Source: a virus. From it: a DNA stretch of 64,000 bases. The notes under the pieces are model-generated. The model saw only the letters and a program-made list of their open reading frames with translations. It ran no database searches and was not told the origin of the DNA. The position numbers and the translations under genes are program-made. The first letter of the stretch is position 1. Every line of letters begins with the position of its first letter. Below are positions 1 through 9,798 of this stretch, in pieces. The stretch spans positions 106,116 to 170,115 of the IMG/VR virus record IMGVR_UViG_3300047378_000694; one strand, 5' to 3'.

Positions 1-582
1 AAATATATCTCCGCTAAATGTTGTTTTCCAGTCTAACATCCTTTGTTTTTTTGGATTTGGAAAATGTTCAAATTTATAATCTTTGCTAACTTCATATGCG
101 TTCCAAGATACATGTCCATAATCTTGTAATTTAGACTTGTACATAGTGTCAATAAACATACACCTGTGTGGATGCCCTTTACCGTTTGTTGATACAAATA
201 GTTTATTAATTGTTTCGTGTGTGGCCAAAGGAAGTTTGTGTTGTATTAGTCGACTAATACAGATATTTGCAAAGAAATGCATCAAGGGTGTTTGTCTTGC
301 ATCATTAATATAATAACGATTATTTAAACTGCCTTTGTATGCCGGAGATATTAAGTGTACTTTAACATCAACCGAAGATGCATATTTAGAAAACTTCTTC
401 CATGTTTTTGCACTATCAAAAATATAAACTGCTTCGTATTCTTCAAACGATGCAATAATAACTTGTTTGCAATTTGGATGTGCCATAGTACGCTTTAAAT
501 CTTGAAACATTTTCTCGCTTGTGGCGTGTTTCCACACAAACCACCAAACTGTGCCATTGTTATCTATTGGAAACGGAATCAT
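1..582 (-). CDS. Partial ORF running off the window start and absent from the ORF track; probable paralogue of 3144..4493 (hypothetical, glycosyltransferase-like)
   Basis: ATG at 582-580 overlaps the TGA of 579..1307 (ATGA). My translation, MIPFPIDNNGTVWWFVWNH...KLFVSTNGKGHPHRCMFIDTM..., is open to base 1. The KLF...HR segment resembles KKFFS...TRHF in 3144..4493. Confidence 0.7.
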   Translation of the reverse strand, partial: MIPFPIDNNGTVWWFVWKHATSEKMFQDLKRTMAHPNCKQVIIASFEEYEAVYIFDSAKTWKKFSKYASSVDVKVHLISPAYKGSLNNRYYINDARQTPLMHFFANICISRLIQHKLPLATHETINKLFVSTNGKGHPHRCMFIDTMYKSKLQDYGHVSWNAYEVSKDYKFEHFPNPKKQRMLDWKTTFSGDIF

Positions 583-1307
583 TGCATAAACTCTCTTGGA
601 TTAAACGGATACCCTAACTCATCTAGTACTTCATAAATTTTTCTACCTTTGCGTAATTCGTTTACACAAGTGTTTTGTATATCGATCCAATACTGTTCAG
701 TTTTTCTATCTATTTCAATAGGCATTTGTTCTTTTACAATTTGTAGATGTGCAAGGATATCTGGATGTGGATCGTTGTGCAACCCTTCAAAACTAGGATC
801 TCCTGTTTCTAAATTTTTGTATAGCATATCAATAGTAAAATCTTTAAAATGGTCAAGTAGTGGTAAACCGACAACTGCATCTTCATAATGCTGATCAAAT
901 CCACACGCTTGGTACATAATCATATCCCCGTATGTTTTGTTTACATAATGCATTGCAGTAATATTTTTTAATGCATCGTGGCTTGGGCTATTAAATTCTC
1001 GCATAAACTTGCTCCATGTACTGCCGCCATTGCCACTAAACATATTTCCATGCTGTAAATAATTGCCGCCCATTAATCGATCTTCGCGATTCCAACTAGT
1101 CCACATTATAATAATTTTGTCTTCGGGTGTAAATTTATGCATCATATTAGCTTCAAGGATACGATAGCTTATACCAACATTACCAATTCCAGCCATGCCA
1201 TAATTATACACCTCGGTTTGATTTTCCAGTTGCTTTTGTATAATTTCAGGCCAGCAGGGCCATAGATAATGTGTAAAGCTACAACCAAAAGTAAATAATC
1301 TACGCAT
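579..1307 (-). CDS. SGNH/GDSL-like hydrolase or acyltransferase (GCS variant)
   Basis: N-terminal FTFGCSFT (block I-like), NYGMAGIGN (block II-like), C-terminal DPHP (D-x-H). Confidence 0.55.
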   Translation of the reverse strand: MRRLFTFGCSFTHYLWPCWPEIIQKQLENQTEVYNYGMAGIGNVGISYRILEANMMHKFTPEDKIIIMWTSWNREDRLMGGNYLQHGNMFSGNGGSTWSKFMREFNSPSHDALKNITAMHYVNKTYGDMIMYQACGFDQHYEDAVVGLPLLDHFKDFTIDMLYKNLETGDPSFEGLHNDPHPDILAHLQIVKEQMPIEIDRKTEQYWIDIQNTCVNELRKGRKIYEVLDELGYPFNPREFMQ

Positions 1308-1316
1308 ATAATTCCT

Positions 1317-1322
1317 TAAATA
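1317..1322 (+). promoter_or_regulatory. T4-type late promoter core TAAATA, 4 nt before the ATG
   Basis: TAAATA-ctgt-ATG with no Shine-Dalgarno. Confidence 0.55.
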
Positions 1323-1326
1323 CTGT

Positions 1327-2331
1327 ATGAGTATTTATAGCACCAATGAGTGGGATCCACTAAAGAAGGTTTGTGTCGGCGTTGCTGATTACTGCCGTAT
1401 ACCCGAAATGGACGAAAGTCTAAGAGTTATCAACTACGCTGATAGAAAAGATGTAAGCGATGTTGTTCCTGGATTGTATCCACAACAAGTAGTTGACGAA
1501 AGCAACGAAGATCTTGAAACATTTGTAAAGTTTCTCGAAGGCGAAAGTGTTGAGGTTGTAAGGCCGCAGCGTACAGAGGATGTAAAGTATTACAACTACT
1601 GTCCAAGAGACACTGTGTTTGTACACGGCAAACGAGCATTAGCTGCGCCTATGGCACTTGAAGCAAGAGCCGAAGAATGGAAACACTTGATGCCTGGAGT
1701 TGCACCGATTGAGGTAGGACATCGTACGGATCGTACTGGATTATATGACGAGTCGTGTGTAGGCGATCCTGACAAACTAGCACTAACAGAAACTGCTCCG
1801 TGTTTTGATGCAGCAAATGCTATTCGTGCAAACGATGATATTATGTATTTGGTTAGTAATAGTGGAAACAAAGCAGGTGCTACATACTTGCAAGACTGGA
1901 TGAATAAACCTGCTAGTAGTTTTGACGAACCTGGAAACTTCAAAGTACATACGCTAGAAGATGTGTATAGTTATATGCACATTGACAGCACTATTGCTTT
2001 TTTACGTGAAGGGCTATTGCTTGCTAATCCGAGCCGTATCAAAAGCAAGGACGATCTCCCAGGACCGTTCAAAGACTGGGATATTATCTGGGCACCAGAC
2101 GCAGTAGACGCTGGACATTATCCAGGATTGTGCAATAGTAGTATTTGGACATGGAATGTAAACCTGTTTAGTGTCAATCCTAATTTAGTAGCACTTGAGG
2201 AACACCAAGAACCTACACGTAAAGCACTAGAAGCACATGGTATTGAATGTGCTATGCTACCACTACGTCATGCACGTACACTCGGCGGGTGTTTCCATTG
2301 TTGTACATTAGATTTAATTAGAGAAACATAA
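1327..2331 (+). CDS. L-arginine amidinotransferase (AGAT / StrB1 inosamine-phosphate amidinotransferase family)
   Basis: NEWDPLK N-terminus, CPRD, FDAAN (catalytic Asp), HIDST (His), LGGCFHCCTLD (Cys nucleophile). Confidence 0.9.
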   Translation: MSIYSTNEWDPLKKVCVGVADYCRIPEMDESLRVINYADRKDVSDVVPGLYPQQVVDESNEDLETFVKFLEGESVEVVRPQRTEDVKYYNYCPRDTVFVHGKRALAAPMALEARAEEWKHLMPGVAPIEVGHRTDRTGLYDESCVGDPDKLALTETAPCFDAANAIRANDDIMYLVSNSGNKAGATYLQDWMNKPASSFDEPGNFKVHTLEDVYSYMHIDSTIAFLREGLLLANPSRIKSKDDLPGPFKDWDIIWAPDAVDAGHYPGLCNSSIWTWNVNLFSVNPNLVALEEHQEPTRKALEAHGIECAMLPLRHARTLGGCFHCCTLDLIRET

Positions 2332-3090
2332 AGTTTGTAAATACTTTTGTGTTTCGATATGAAAGTTAACCCCGTCATGTTCTCTGTCTCGGGCTTCGTG
2401 ATTTCCAGTATTTGGAGAGATTTCGTGTATCTTAGTAAACAGCGGAATCTCGATAGGTTCCCAAGAAAAATTAATTACTGGTACTCCCAAACTTTCCCAT
2501 ACTAAATTAAATCCTTCGATCTGCTGGATAACAGATTTATCACGTTCACCATTATCAACAATATAGCGTCTTTCCCACCATCTTCCATCGTGCGTTTTAG
2601 TTTCACTCATGTCTGCTATTTCAATATCATCTTGCTTTGTAAAACCAAACATTTTCCTGCCAATTTGTGGCCATTGACAGACTACTAGCTTAGGCTTTGG
2701 TAAATTATTTCTTTTCCATAACAATGCATTTATATACTGCGCTTCAGGGCTAGTTGATTGTTTAGCACAATTATACAAATCTAATTTTAAATTTGTTGCA
2801 AGCATACTTGCCCATATATCCTCTACATTTAACCCTACGCCCTCAGTATAACTACAACCGAATGTTAGTAAAAAATCTTTATCAAGACTTTCTATTTCTT
2901 TTGTGCGATGACCAAGACTGTTAAACTTATATTCAATAGTTTCTGTGTGATATTGCCAGTCTTTGTTTTTTAATTTTTTACAATTAAATTTAAATGTTTT
3001 TTGATCGTCGCTAGAATAAAAATTTACTGTTTGATTTACAAAAGGTCTATCAACTAACAAATTATAGTTTTTATTAAAACACAGGTTCAT
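2314..3090 (-). CDS. SGNH/GDSL-like protein (GCS variant)
   Basis: YKFNSLGHR, TFGCSYTEGVGL, C-terminal ARDREHDG. Confidence 0.55.
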   Translation of the reverse strand: MNLCFNKNYNLLVDRPFVNQTVNFYSSDDQKTFKFNCKKLKNKDWQYHTETIEYKFNSLGHRTKEIESLDKDFLLTFGCSYTEGVGLNVEDIWASMLATNLKLDLYNCAKQSTSPEAQYINALLWKRNNLPKPKLVVCQWPQIGRKMFGFTKQDDIEIADMSETKTHDGRWWERRYIVDNGERDKSVIQQIEGFNLVWESLGVPVINFSWEPIEIPLFTKIHEISPNTGNHEARDREHDGVNFHIETQKYLQTLCFSN

Positions 3091-3143
3091 TTTAAAATCT
3101 CCTACTAAATATATACGTACTTAACGAAAATTGGAGTAGTATT

Positions 3144-4493
3144 TTGCATAACTGGTTTAACTGTCTTTATTTCTTACCTCGAAATAAATCTAAGCCCGAA
3201 CTAATTCGAAATGATGGTAACACAACACCATTAACACAGATTGGTAAAATTGAAGGATTAATGGATTTAACTAATGAAAGTTTTATTGGAAAATTTACCG
3301 AGCCTACTATAATCTACAATGGCACACATAATATTCCAAATTTAGATAAACTTTTTATATCAGATAAGCATACTCAAATTCTAAAAACCCAAACTATACA
3401 TTTTTTCTTTTTTGAAGTGTTAACACACTATATTCCAAACAAGCATGGCAGACTTGAACCTCATATTTTAAAAATAGATAACGAACCTGAAAAAATGTCA
3501 CAAATTCGTTGTTATGAATTAGATACGCTAAATGCATGGGCAAAACAACACGATATAGATCTTGTTGTATATTGTACAGATCATAAAAGTTGGGAGTACT
3601 ATCAAGATATCTATCCAAATATTACACTACGTTCTCTAGACTTATTTGTAAGTTGGTTTAGCCAACGATTTAATATGCAAGAAGAATATAACCGAGCCGG
3701 AATGATACCCGGTGATGTATATCCTATTATTCAACACAAGAAAGTTATTAAGAAGTTTTTTAGTGCAGCATGGCGATACGATCCTACTAGACATTTTATC
3801 AATGCATTTTTAGCAAAAGAAGGAATTACCCAATCGAACGAAGTTAGTTTTTATCATAAAGTTAGCAATGACGATATGATAGCAAATATGTGGTTTGACT
3901 GGAAAAAATTTGAAAAAAGACATCCGCAAATGGCAAGTGATTTGATTGAAGGTAATGAAATATTACAAACACAAGTTCCGTTGAGTTTTGAAACAAAAAA
4001 TCCAATGGCTTGTGATATAACACAATCTGATCCTGATTATAATACACCTGGGCAATATAATAGACGACGAACACAAGATCCCAACAGGACATATTCGCGG
4101 TGTTTTGTTGCTATTATTAATGAAACAAGAGTAACACAACCATGGCCAAATATTAGTGAAAAAACAATGAATCCAATAAAGGCATTTCGACCAATGATTC
4201 ATGTTGCTGCGCCAGGTACATTAAAATATTTGCAAACTATGGGCTTTAAAACATTTGATGATTTTTATCCCGAAGACTACGACAACATCAAATGCACCAG
4301 TGACAGATTAGTTTCTATATGCGATACAATTAAGTATGTAAATAGCTTTGATATTAAAGATTTGCGTAAAATGTATGTTAAATTAATACCACGAGTAATG
4401 CACAACTACGAAGTATTGCAGCACACTTATAAATGGTTTGACGAATACAACTTAAAACTCGATTCCCAAAGTTCATCTGCCCAATATGTATGA
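3144..4493 (+). CDS. Hypothetical protein, putative glycosyltransferase (GT10/exostosin-like C-terminus)
   Basis: AIINETR...SEKT.NPI...RP.I...PG.LKYL..MGFKTFDDF..E.YD motif, as seen in glycan-related ORFs of T4-like marine phages; TTG start with GGAG SD. Confidence 0.45.
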   Translation: MHNWFNCLYFLPRNKSKPELIRNDGNTTPLTQIGKIEGLMDLTNESFIGKFTEPTIIYNGTHNIPNLDKLFISDKHTQILKTQTIHFFFFEVLTHYIPNKHGRLEPHILKIDNEPEKMSQIRCYELDTLNAWAKQHDIDLVVYCTDHKSWEYYQDIYPNITLRSLDLFVSWFSQRFNMQEEYNRAGMIPGDVYPIIQHKKVIKKFFSAAWRYDPTRHFINAFLAKEGITQSNEVSFYHKVSNDDMIANMWFDWKKFEKRHPQMASDLIEGNEILQTQVPLSFETKNPMACDITQSDPDYNTPGQYNRRRTQDPNRTYSRCFVAIINETRVTQPWPNISEKTMNPIKAFRPMIHVAAPGTLKYLQTMGFKTFDDFYPEDYDNIKCTSDRLVSICDTIKYVNSFDIKDLRKMYVKLIPRVMHNYEVLQHTYKWFDEYNLKLDSQSSSAQYV

Positions 4494-5185
4494 GCCGGTA
4501 ATCGATGATGCCAATACATTTGTCCTTCAACACTATGCCCTTGTGCTAAACAATTTTCAAAAAAGCTATAGCTTTCATCATCCCAGTATAAGAAATTTTG
4601 TTTATCAATTTTACTAGCATAGTACTTGTATCTTTTTGTATTTGAACATGCTTGAAGACTATTTCTAAAAGTATAACTAAAATTATTTGCTTTTAAAAAA
4701 CTTTGTAACTCAATAATATTCATGTATCGATTAATCTGCCACTGCACCGGATTAATAAACAAATGATCACCTAGTATATCTAAATTTTTGCGCCAAGCCT
4801 TGGGTGCCCAATCAGGATAATGCTGAGGATGCAAATGCAGTACTTTTTTATCTGGAGTATAAGGAATAAATTTATTTAAATTATATCTGTTATTGTCCCA
4901 ATTATCATAAAAATATTCAGTGCGTTCGGCACCAGTCCAGTTAATAAAAAAATGTGTATTTTTAGCACGTTCTGGATTATCAAGTATCCAAAGCATAGTA
5001 GTACGTTTGATATAATCGTTACTTCCGCCAGGCATGGCAATATTAGTATATTCCCAATTTAACTTTTTAGCAATTTGTGCTGCATAACAATTTTGTCTAT
5101 TATAATTGCCTTCACCAACTCCGCTGCCTTCGATTTCGCTACCGGCGGTATGACTACATCCGTTTACAAGTAGATGACTATGCAT
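4427..5185 (-). CDS. SGNH/GDSL-like protein (GCS variant)
   Basis: VNGCSHTAG, NIAMPGGSN, WTGAER, C-terminal HH. Confidence 0.55.
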   Translation of the reverse strand: MHSHLLVNGCSHTAGSEIEGSGVGEGNYNRQNCYAAQIAKKLNWEYTNIAMPGGSNDYIKRTTMLWILDNPERAKNTHFFINWTGAERTEYFYDNWDNNRYNLNKFIPYTPDKKVLHLHPQHYPDWAPKAWRKNLDILGDHLFINPVQWQINRYMNIIELQSFLKANNFSYTFRNSLQACSNTKRYKYYASKIDKQNFLYWDDESYSFFENCLAQGHSVEGQMYWHHRLPAHTYWADELWESSFKLYSSNHL

Positions 5186-6149
5186 TAATTGGTTCCTTTG
5201 GTATAATAATATCTGTGCCGCAATGACAGTGTTGTTTACTACATATAACAGGTTTCATGTCAAATGTCAAGTCTTTATCTAAAATATTTCCATGAGTGTT
5301 GCCAACGCCGCAACTTGCACTTGACATTTCTCCTCTTGGATTGATAAACAATGCATCGTCAACAGAGCATTTCCATCCTGTAAAGAAGTTCTGTCTATCA
5401 GCAATAATAGTGTTGCTGTTTGTTGGCACAATTGTTCCGTTATCATAATGGCTATTACTAATTGCTTTGTTTTGTCTATACGGCTTTGGTATAGATATTT
5501 TAGTTTCAAACTGAGCAGCTTCTAAAAATTTTACTTTATCAGGATCTTTGTATTGCCACGGACCAGCATTAACACTCATTTCGTCAAACAACGGTGTCCA
5601 TTCTAAATTGTAATTAGGCACTTCGGCTTTTACACGTTTGCCAAATTCAACTACTTCCCAAAAGCGCTCTTCGTGCATCAACATCTTTGTGCATAGATAG
5701 TCAACTTTGTTGCATAAAAATTGTGCATTTTCAATATAACGATCTTTCTTACAAAATTCTACATGAAAACTAGCAACAATATCGTCAAACAAGTGACAAT
5801 GCTTTTCCCAATATCTTACTGGACGTGATAAGTTTGTATTTACTGCTACTGTAAGATTGTCACCTAATTCGTCTTTTAAATATTCTGTAAGAGGAATAAA
5901 GTTTTCCCAGTGTGTAGGTTCGCCGCCGCTGTAAAATATCTTAAAGTATTTGTATCCTTTGTCTTGATACTGCTGAAATATGCCACGTACATTTTTCATA
6001 TATGTATCAAGATTACTGTTGTTACGATTTGATCCTGCCCAATTACCTGGATTGCAGTATGTACATTGAAAATTACAGAAGTTGTTTACTTGCCACGTTA
6101 TTGTAGCATATGGTTCTGCCATTGGAGTAATTTTTGTTAAGTTAGACAT
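5178..6149 (-). CDS. Radical SAM enzyme with C-terminal SPASM/twitch-like Cys cluster
   Basis: CNFQCTYC (CxxxCxxC), SGGEPT, NTN; C-terminal GWKC...SC...C..HCHCGTD. Confidence 0.9.
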   Translation of the reverse strand: MSNLTKITPMAEPYATITWQVNNFCNFQCTYCNPGNWAGSNRNNSNLDTYMKNVRGIFQQYQDKGYKYFKIFYSGGEPTHWENFIPLTEYLKDELGDNLTVAVNTNLSRPVRYWEKHCHLFDDIVASFHVEFCKKDRYIENAQFLCNKVDYLCTKMLMHEERFWEVVEFGKRVKAEVPNYNLEWTPLFDEMSVNAGPWQYKDPDKVKFLEAAQFETKISIPKPYRQNKAISNSHYDNGTIVPTNSNTIIADRQNFFTGWKCSVDDALFINPRGEMSSASCGVGNTHGNILDKDLTFDMKPVICSKQHCHCGTDIIIPKEPINA

Positions 6150-7425
6150 ATTTTCTTAACCACTCTAGTTCAGGAAACGTACTCCAAAAGTCTTCTTTAC
6201 GATGCTGATCAAGTCCATGATTTTTGTCAAAGAACTGTTTTAATTTATCTTTGTTTAACTCGCCTGTGTTCATAAATTGTATCACACTATCAATTTTACC
6301 AAGTACATCTTTTACTACTGCTGGATTGTTTGCTATGCGATCTTTAATTTTGTCGTATGCCCATGCTTTATAGTCAATGTATTTACTACGTAACTCAATC
6401 TTATAATCATTTGGAATATTATCTAAACGCATAAAATCTGGATCAGTTAACATGTTTAATCTACAATTTTCAATATCAACCAATCCACGTTCAACCCAAT
6501 CCATATGGAAGTCGGGCCAGTTCCAAGCATTGTACATACTTATTGTTGGTGTTAGTTCAAAATGAATATTAGGCAAGTGTTCAAGCATTTCTTGTCTATT
6601 ACGTTCAACAGTATCCCATACTGTGCCAAACCGCATAAACTCAGCTCTTGCACCCATTGCATCTAAACTTGCACTAACTTGAATATCTGGAAACTCTTTC
6701 CAATAATCAATAATGCTTTTTTGTTTAAATCTTAGATTACTAAAATTAGTTGTATAACGTAGTCGCACATCAGTTTTACCAATATCAATCCAATGATCTA
6801 ATATTTTATAATGTTCGTCTGTAATAAGCGGCTCGCCGCCTGCCCAATATACTTCTTCAACATCTGGCAAGTATTGCTGTAGTTCGTTCCAAAAGTCTTT
6901 GTGCTTTGCTACATTAACAATATTACTGCCATTATTTTTAAGTATGTTAGCAACTTCATGTTTTCCATATAGCTCGCCATGTTCTTGTGCGTGTAGACTA
7001 CTCAATTCAGGTCCACATGTTCTACACTTCATATTACATATGTTACTAAATCGTATATCCATATACGCCATACGCATTTCATCAATGCTGCCATCTGCGT
7101 TTGTTTTTTCAACTAGATCAAAATGTTTATCGCCGAACCACTGATTATGATTTTTACGCAGTGTCCAGATGTAAGTACTATCTTCGAGTTCGTAGCAACG
7201 TCTGCAACAATCTAGTTTTTCACCATTAAGCATTGCTAAACGTAGTTCTTTGTATTTGTCACTATTCCAAACTTCTTTGATACTATTTTCTTTAACATTG
7301 CCAAAAGGCTGATCGCTATCCGCAATACAGCAAGGCATTGCCCTGCCATCGGGCCAGGCGTGCATATGTATCCACGGAAGAATACAAAATGCTTTGTTGC
7401 GTTTTAGTAAATTATCTTTATCCAT
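6142..7425 (-). CDS. Radical SAM enzyme with N-terminal twitch/SPASM domain
   Basis: FCILPW...PCC...CRRC, then CNMKCRTC, AGGEPL, YTTN. Confidence 0.9.
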   Translation of the reverse strand: MDKDNLLKRNKAFCILPWIHMHAWPDGRAMPCCIADSDQPFGNVKENSIKEVWNSDKYKELRLAMLNGEKLDCCRRCYELEDSTYIWTLRKNHNQWFGDKHFDLVEKTNADGSIDEMRMAYMDIRFSNICNMKCRTCGPELSSLHAQEHGELYGKHEVANILKNNGSNIVNVAKHKDFWNELQQYLPDVEEVYWAGGEPLITDEHYKILDHWIDIGKTDVRLRYTTNFSNLRFKQKSIIDYWKEFPDIQVSASLDAMGARAEFMRFGTVWDTVERNRQEMLEHLPNIHFELTPTISMYNAWNWPDFHMDWVERGLVDIENCRLNMLTDPDFMRLDNIPNDYKIELRSKYIDYKAWAYDKIKDRIANNPAVVKDVLGKIDSVIQFMNTGELNKDKLKQFFDKNHGLDQHRKEDFWSTFPELEWLRKYV

Positions 7426-8635
7426 TTATCATTGATGCCAGTTCAGGAAATGTTTCTACAAAATTTTCATTTCGTATTTTATCTCTTCTTACAGTATTAT
7501 GTATAAATTCTTTGCCGTTTTGTTCCCAGGTATGATCGCTATTGGCAAAATTCAATGCATTTTGTATATGCTGTGTACACCAAAAGTCATCCTTAATTTC
7601 ATTAATAACTTTTAATAATCCAAGTGTGCCTTGTTCTTTTAATTCTAAAGGAAGATTTTGCGCACTGTAAAAACTAGGATTTAACAAATGGTAAATGCTA
7701 ATGTAATCGTGCTTACGTAATAAGTCTTTATCAATCATATATCTAAAAAAGTCACCAAGTGTAACATAATTTAAATTACTCAATACGCAATTGAATTGGT
7801 AGTTGATAAAATCAACATCTCTAATTGTACGTAAATTATTTTCTACTGTAAACCAATGAGTACCGTTGCGAATATATTCGGCCTTTGGACCAAAGTGATC
7901 TAAACTAGCACTAACTTCAATTTCTTTAAAATTACTCCACATGTCAAGTATGTCGTATTTTTTGTATCTAAAGTTACTCATGTTTGTATTGTAGCGTAAT
8001 GTAATATCTTTACAACTACCATTAGCAATCATTTCATTGAGTATTGTATAGTGTTCGTCTGTAATAAGTGGCTCGCCGCCAGCAAAGTATGCTAATTCAA
8101 TATTAGGTATCTGTTCTAATACTTGATCTAATAATTTGCCACTACTATCTGCATGTTGTACAACTTTAAATCCTGGAGGGGGCGCATCGTGTTCTTTGTG
8201 TTCTTGTCCCCACTTGCTACTAAATTCACTGCCACAGGTTCTACACTTAAAATTACAAATGTTACTAAAGCGTATATCGTAATATGCCATTGTAAATTTA
8301 TCTAAGCTGCCGTCTTGATTAGTATAGGGTACTAATTCTTCGTACTTGTCTGCAAATTTCTCAATACTATATTTTCTAAAACTGTAAGGAGAACTTTCTT
8401 CGTGTTTATAACAAAATGTACATGCTTCGTTTTTACGACCAGCTAACATATCGAGTCGCAACTGTTTCATCCGTTCAGTATTAAATGCTTGTTCTAATGT
8501 TGTGTCTTTTACATTAGCAAAAGGTTCAACATAGTCGCTACTACAACACGGATATACATCTCCCTTGGGTGTTACATTTAAGTGTAGCCAAGGAAACATG
8601 CAAAACGTTCCATTTCCTAAATGTTCTTCCTTCAT
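7418..8635 (-). CDS. Radical SAM enzyme with N-terminal twitch/SPASM domain (start probably 8635, ATGA-coupled; ORF track gives 8650)
   Basis: FCMFPW...PCC...CTFC, then CNFKCRTC, AGGEPL, YNTN. Confidence 0.9.
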   Translation of the reverse strand: MKEEHLGNGTFCMFPWLHLNVTPKGDVYPCCSSDYVEPFANVKDTTLEQAFNTERMKQLRLDMLAGRKNEACTFCYKHEESSPYSFRKYSIEKFADKYEELVPYTNQDGSLDKFTMAYYDIRFSNICNFKCRTCGSEFSSKWGQEHKEHDAPPPGFKVVQHADSSGKLLDQVLEQIPNIELAYFAGGEPLITDEHYTILNEMIANGSCKDITLRYNTNMSNFRYKKYDILDMWSNFKEIEVSASLDHFGPKAEYIRNGTHWFTVENNLRTIRDVDFINYQFNCVLSNLNYVTLGDFFRYMIDKDLLRKHDYISIYHLLNPSFYSAQNLPLELKEQGTLGLLKVINEIKDDFWCTQHIQNALNFANSDHTWEQNGKEFIHNTVRRDKIRNENFVETFPELASMING

Positions 8636-9798
8636 ATCTTGTCCAACCAATCAATAATATAAGAATTAAGATAATCTCGATAGTTTTGATTTCTATTTTT
8701 ATCAAACTGCATTACTTCTTCTTTAATTTCTTTCCATTTGTCTTTATCGTAGTCATTGTACTTATTGTCTTCCATGCATTGCACTATGTAGTTTTCAAGA
8801 TTTTCAGTTTGATAAACTGTATCTAATATCATTTCTCTTGCCATAAGCAATATTGGTATTGGTAAATGACATATATCAATATTACGTTTAGCAGGAAAAA
8901 CATTTGTAATTATAAAATTGTTAATTGGATATTGTTTTGCCCAATACTGTGTGTTGCGTATATCTAACACATTATATATAGATACTACATAATTAATTTG
9001 TGCTGTATATTTTTTTACTTTGTCAAAAAAATTCTTAAGGCTATTTTCTAATATTTGAAATGCAAAAGGGTATCTCACATATTCATAAATTTTACGTACA
9101 CCGTCAATACTAAATGTAACATTTACATGTTTAAACTTGCTTAATCTATCTACATTAGCATTATTAAATTTTGTAGCATTAGTGTGTAGTTCTAAAGTAA
9201 TATTATGTGCTAGATTATTTTCTATACAATAATCCAGCAACTCTAAATATTCATTTGATAACAAAGGCTCGCCACCGCTGACACGTATATTTGTTATTTT
9301 GTGTAGTACAGGATACAACACAGAAATATCATGCGGAGCAATATCAGGAACACTATCCCACCAATATTTGTAACCATCTTGTTTAAATTTTTCTGCATCT
9401 TTGTTGAGTTGATTGCTCAATGCCGGATGACACATTCTACATCTAAGATTGCACTTATTACCTAAGTGTATATCTAGCCATTCTAGTTCATTGTTTACAT
9501 TTGTATCTAACATTAGTCTAGGACTAGTTCCGTGCTTTTCTGCTTCATAGCAACCATTGCAAGCCTTTGGATATTCTCCATTTAGCATTTGTGTACGAAT
9601 ATTTTGCAGTTGCGGTAGATCGAATAATTTCTCTACATCATTGTGTATATCTTTTGCTGTGTTTAACGGATCAGGGTTCAACGGACTTGCCATATTGCAG
9701 CAAGGATTTACACACTGAATACCTTTGCTATTCCAATGACTAATAGCAAGTTGTTTAAAAGGATAATAACAATATGAATTATCTTTAGAAGGTATCAT
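8632..9798 (-). CDS. Radical SAM enzyme with N-terminal twitch/SPASM domain (true start probably 9798, MIPSKDN; ORF track gives 9915)
   Basis: YCYYPF...PCC...CNGC, then CNLRCRMC, SGGEPL, HTN. Confidence 0.88.
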   Translation of the reverse strand: MIPSKDNSYCYYPFKQLAISHWNSKGIQCVNPCCNMASPLNPDPLNTAKDIHNDVEKLFDLPQLQNIRTQMLNGEYPKACNGCYEAEKHGTSPRLMLDTNVNNELEWLDIHLGNKCNLRCRMCHPALSNQLNKDAEKFKQDGYKYWWDSVPDIAPHDISVLYPVLHKITNIRVSGGEPLLSNEYLELLDYCIENNLAHNITLELHTNATKFNNANVDRLSKFKHVNVTFSIDGVRKIYEYVRYPFAFQILENSLKNFFDKVKKYTAQINYVVSIYNVLDIRNTQYWAKQYPINNFIITNVFPAKRNIDICHLPIPILLMAREMILDTVYQTENLENYIVQCMEDNKYNDYDKDKWKEIKEEVMQFDKNRNQNYRDYLNSYIIDWLDKI

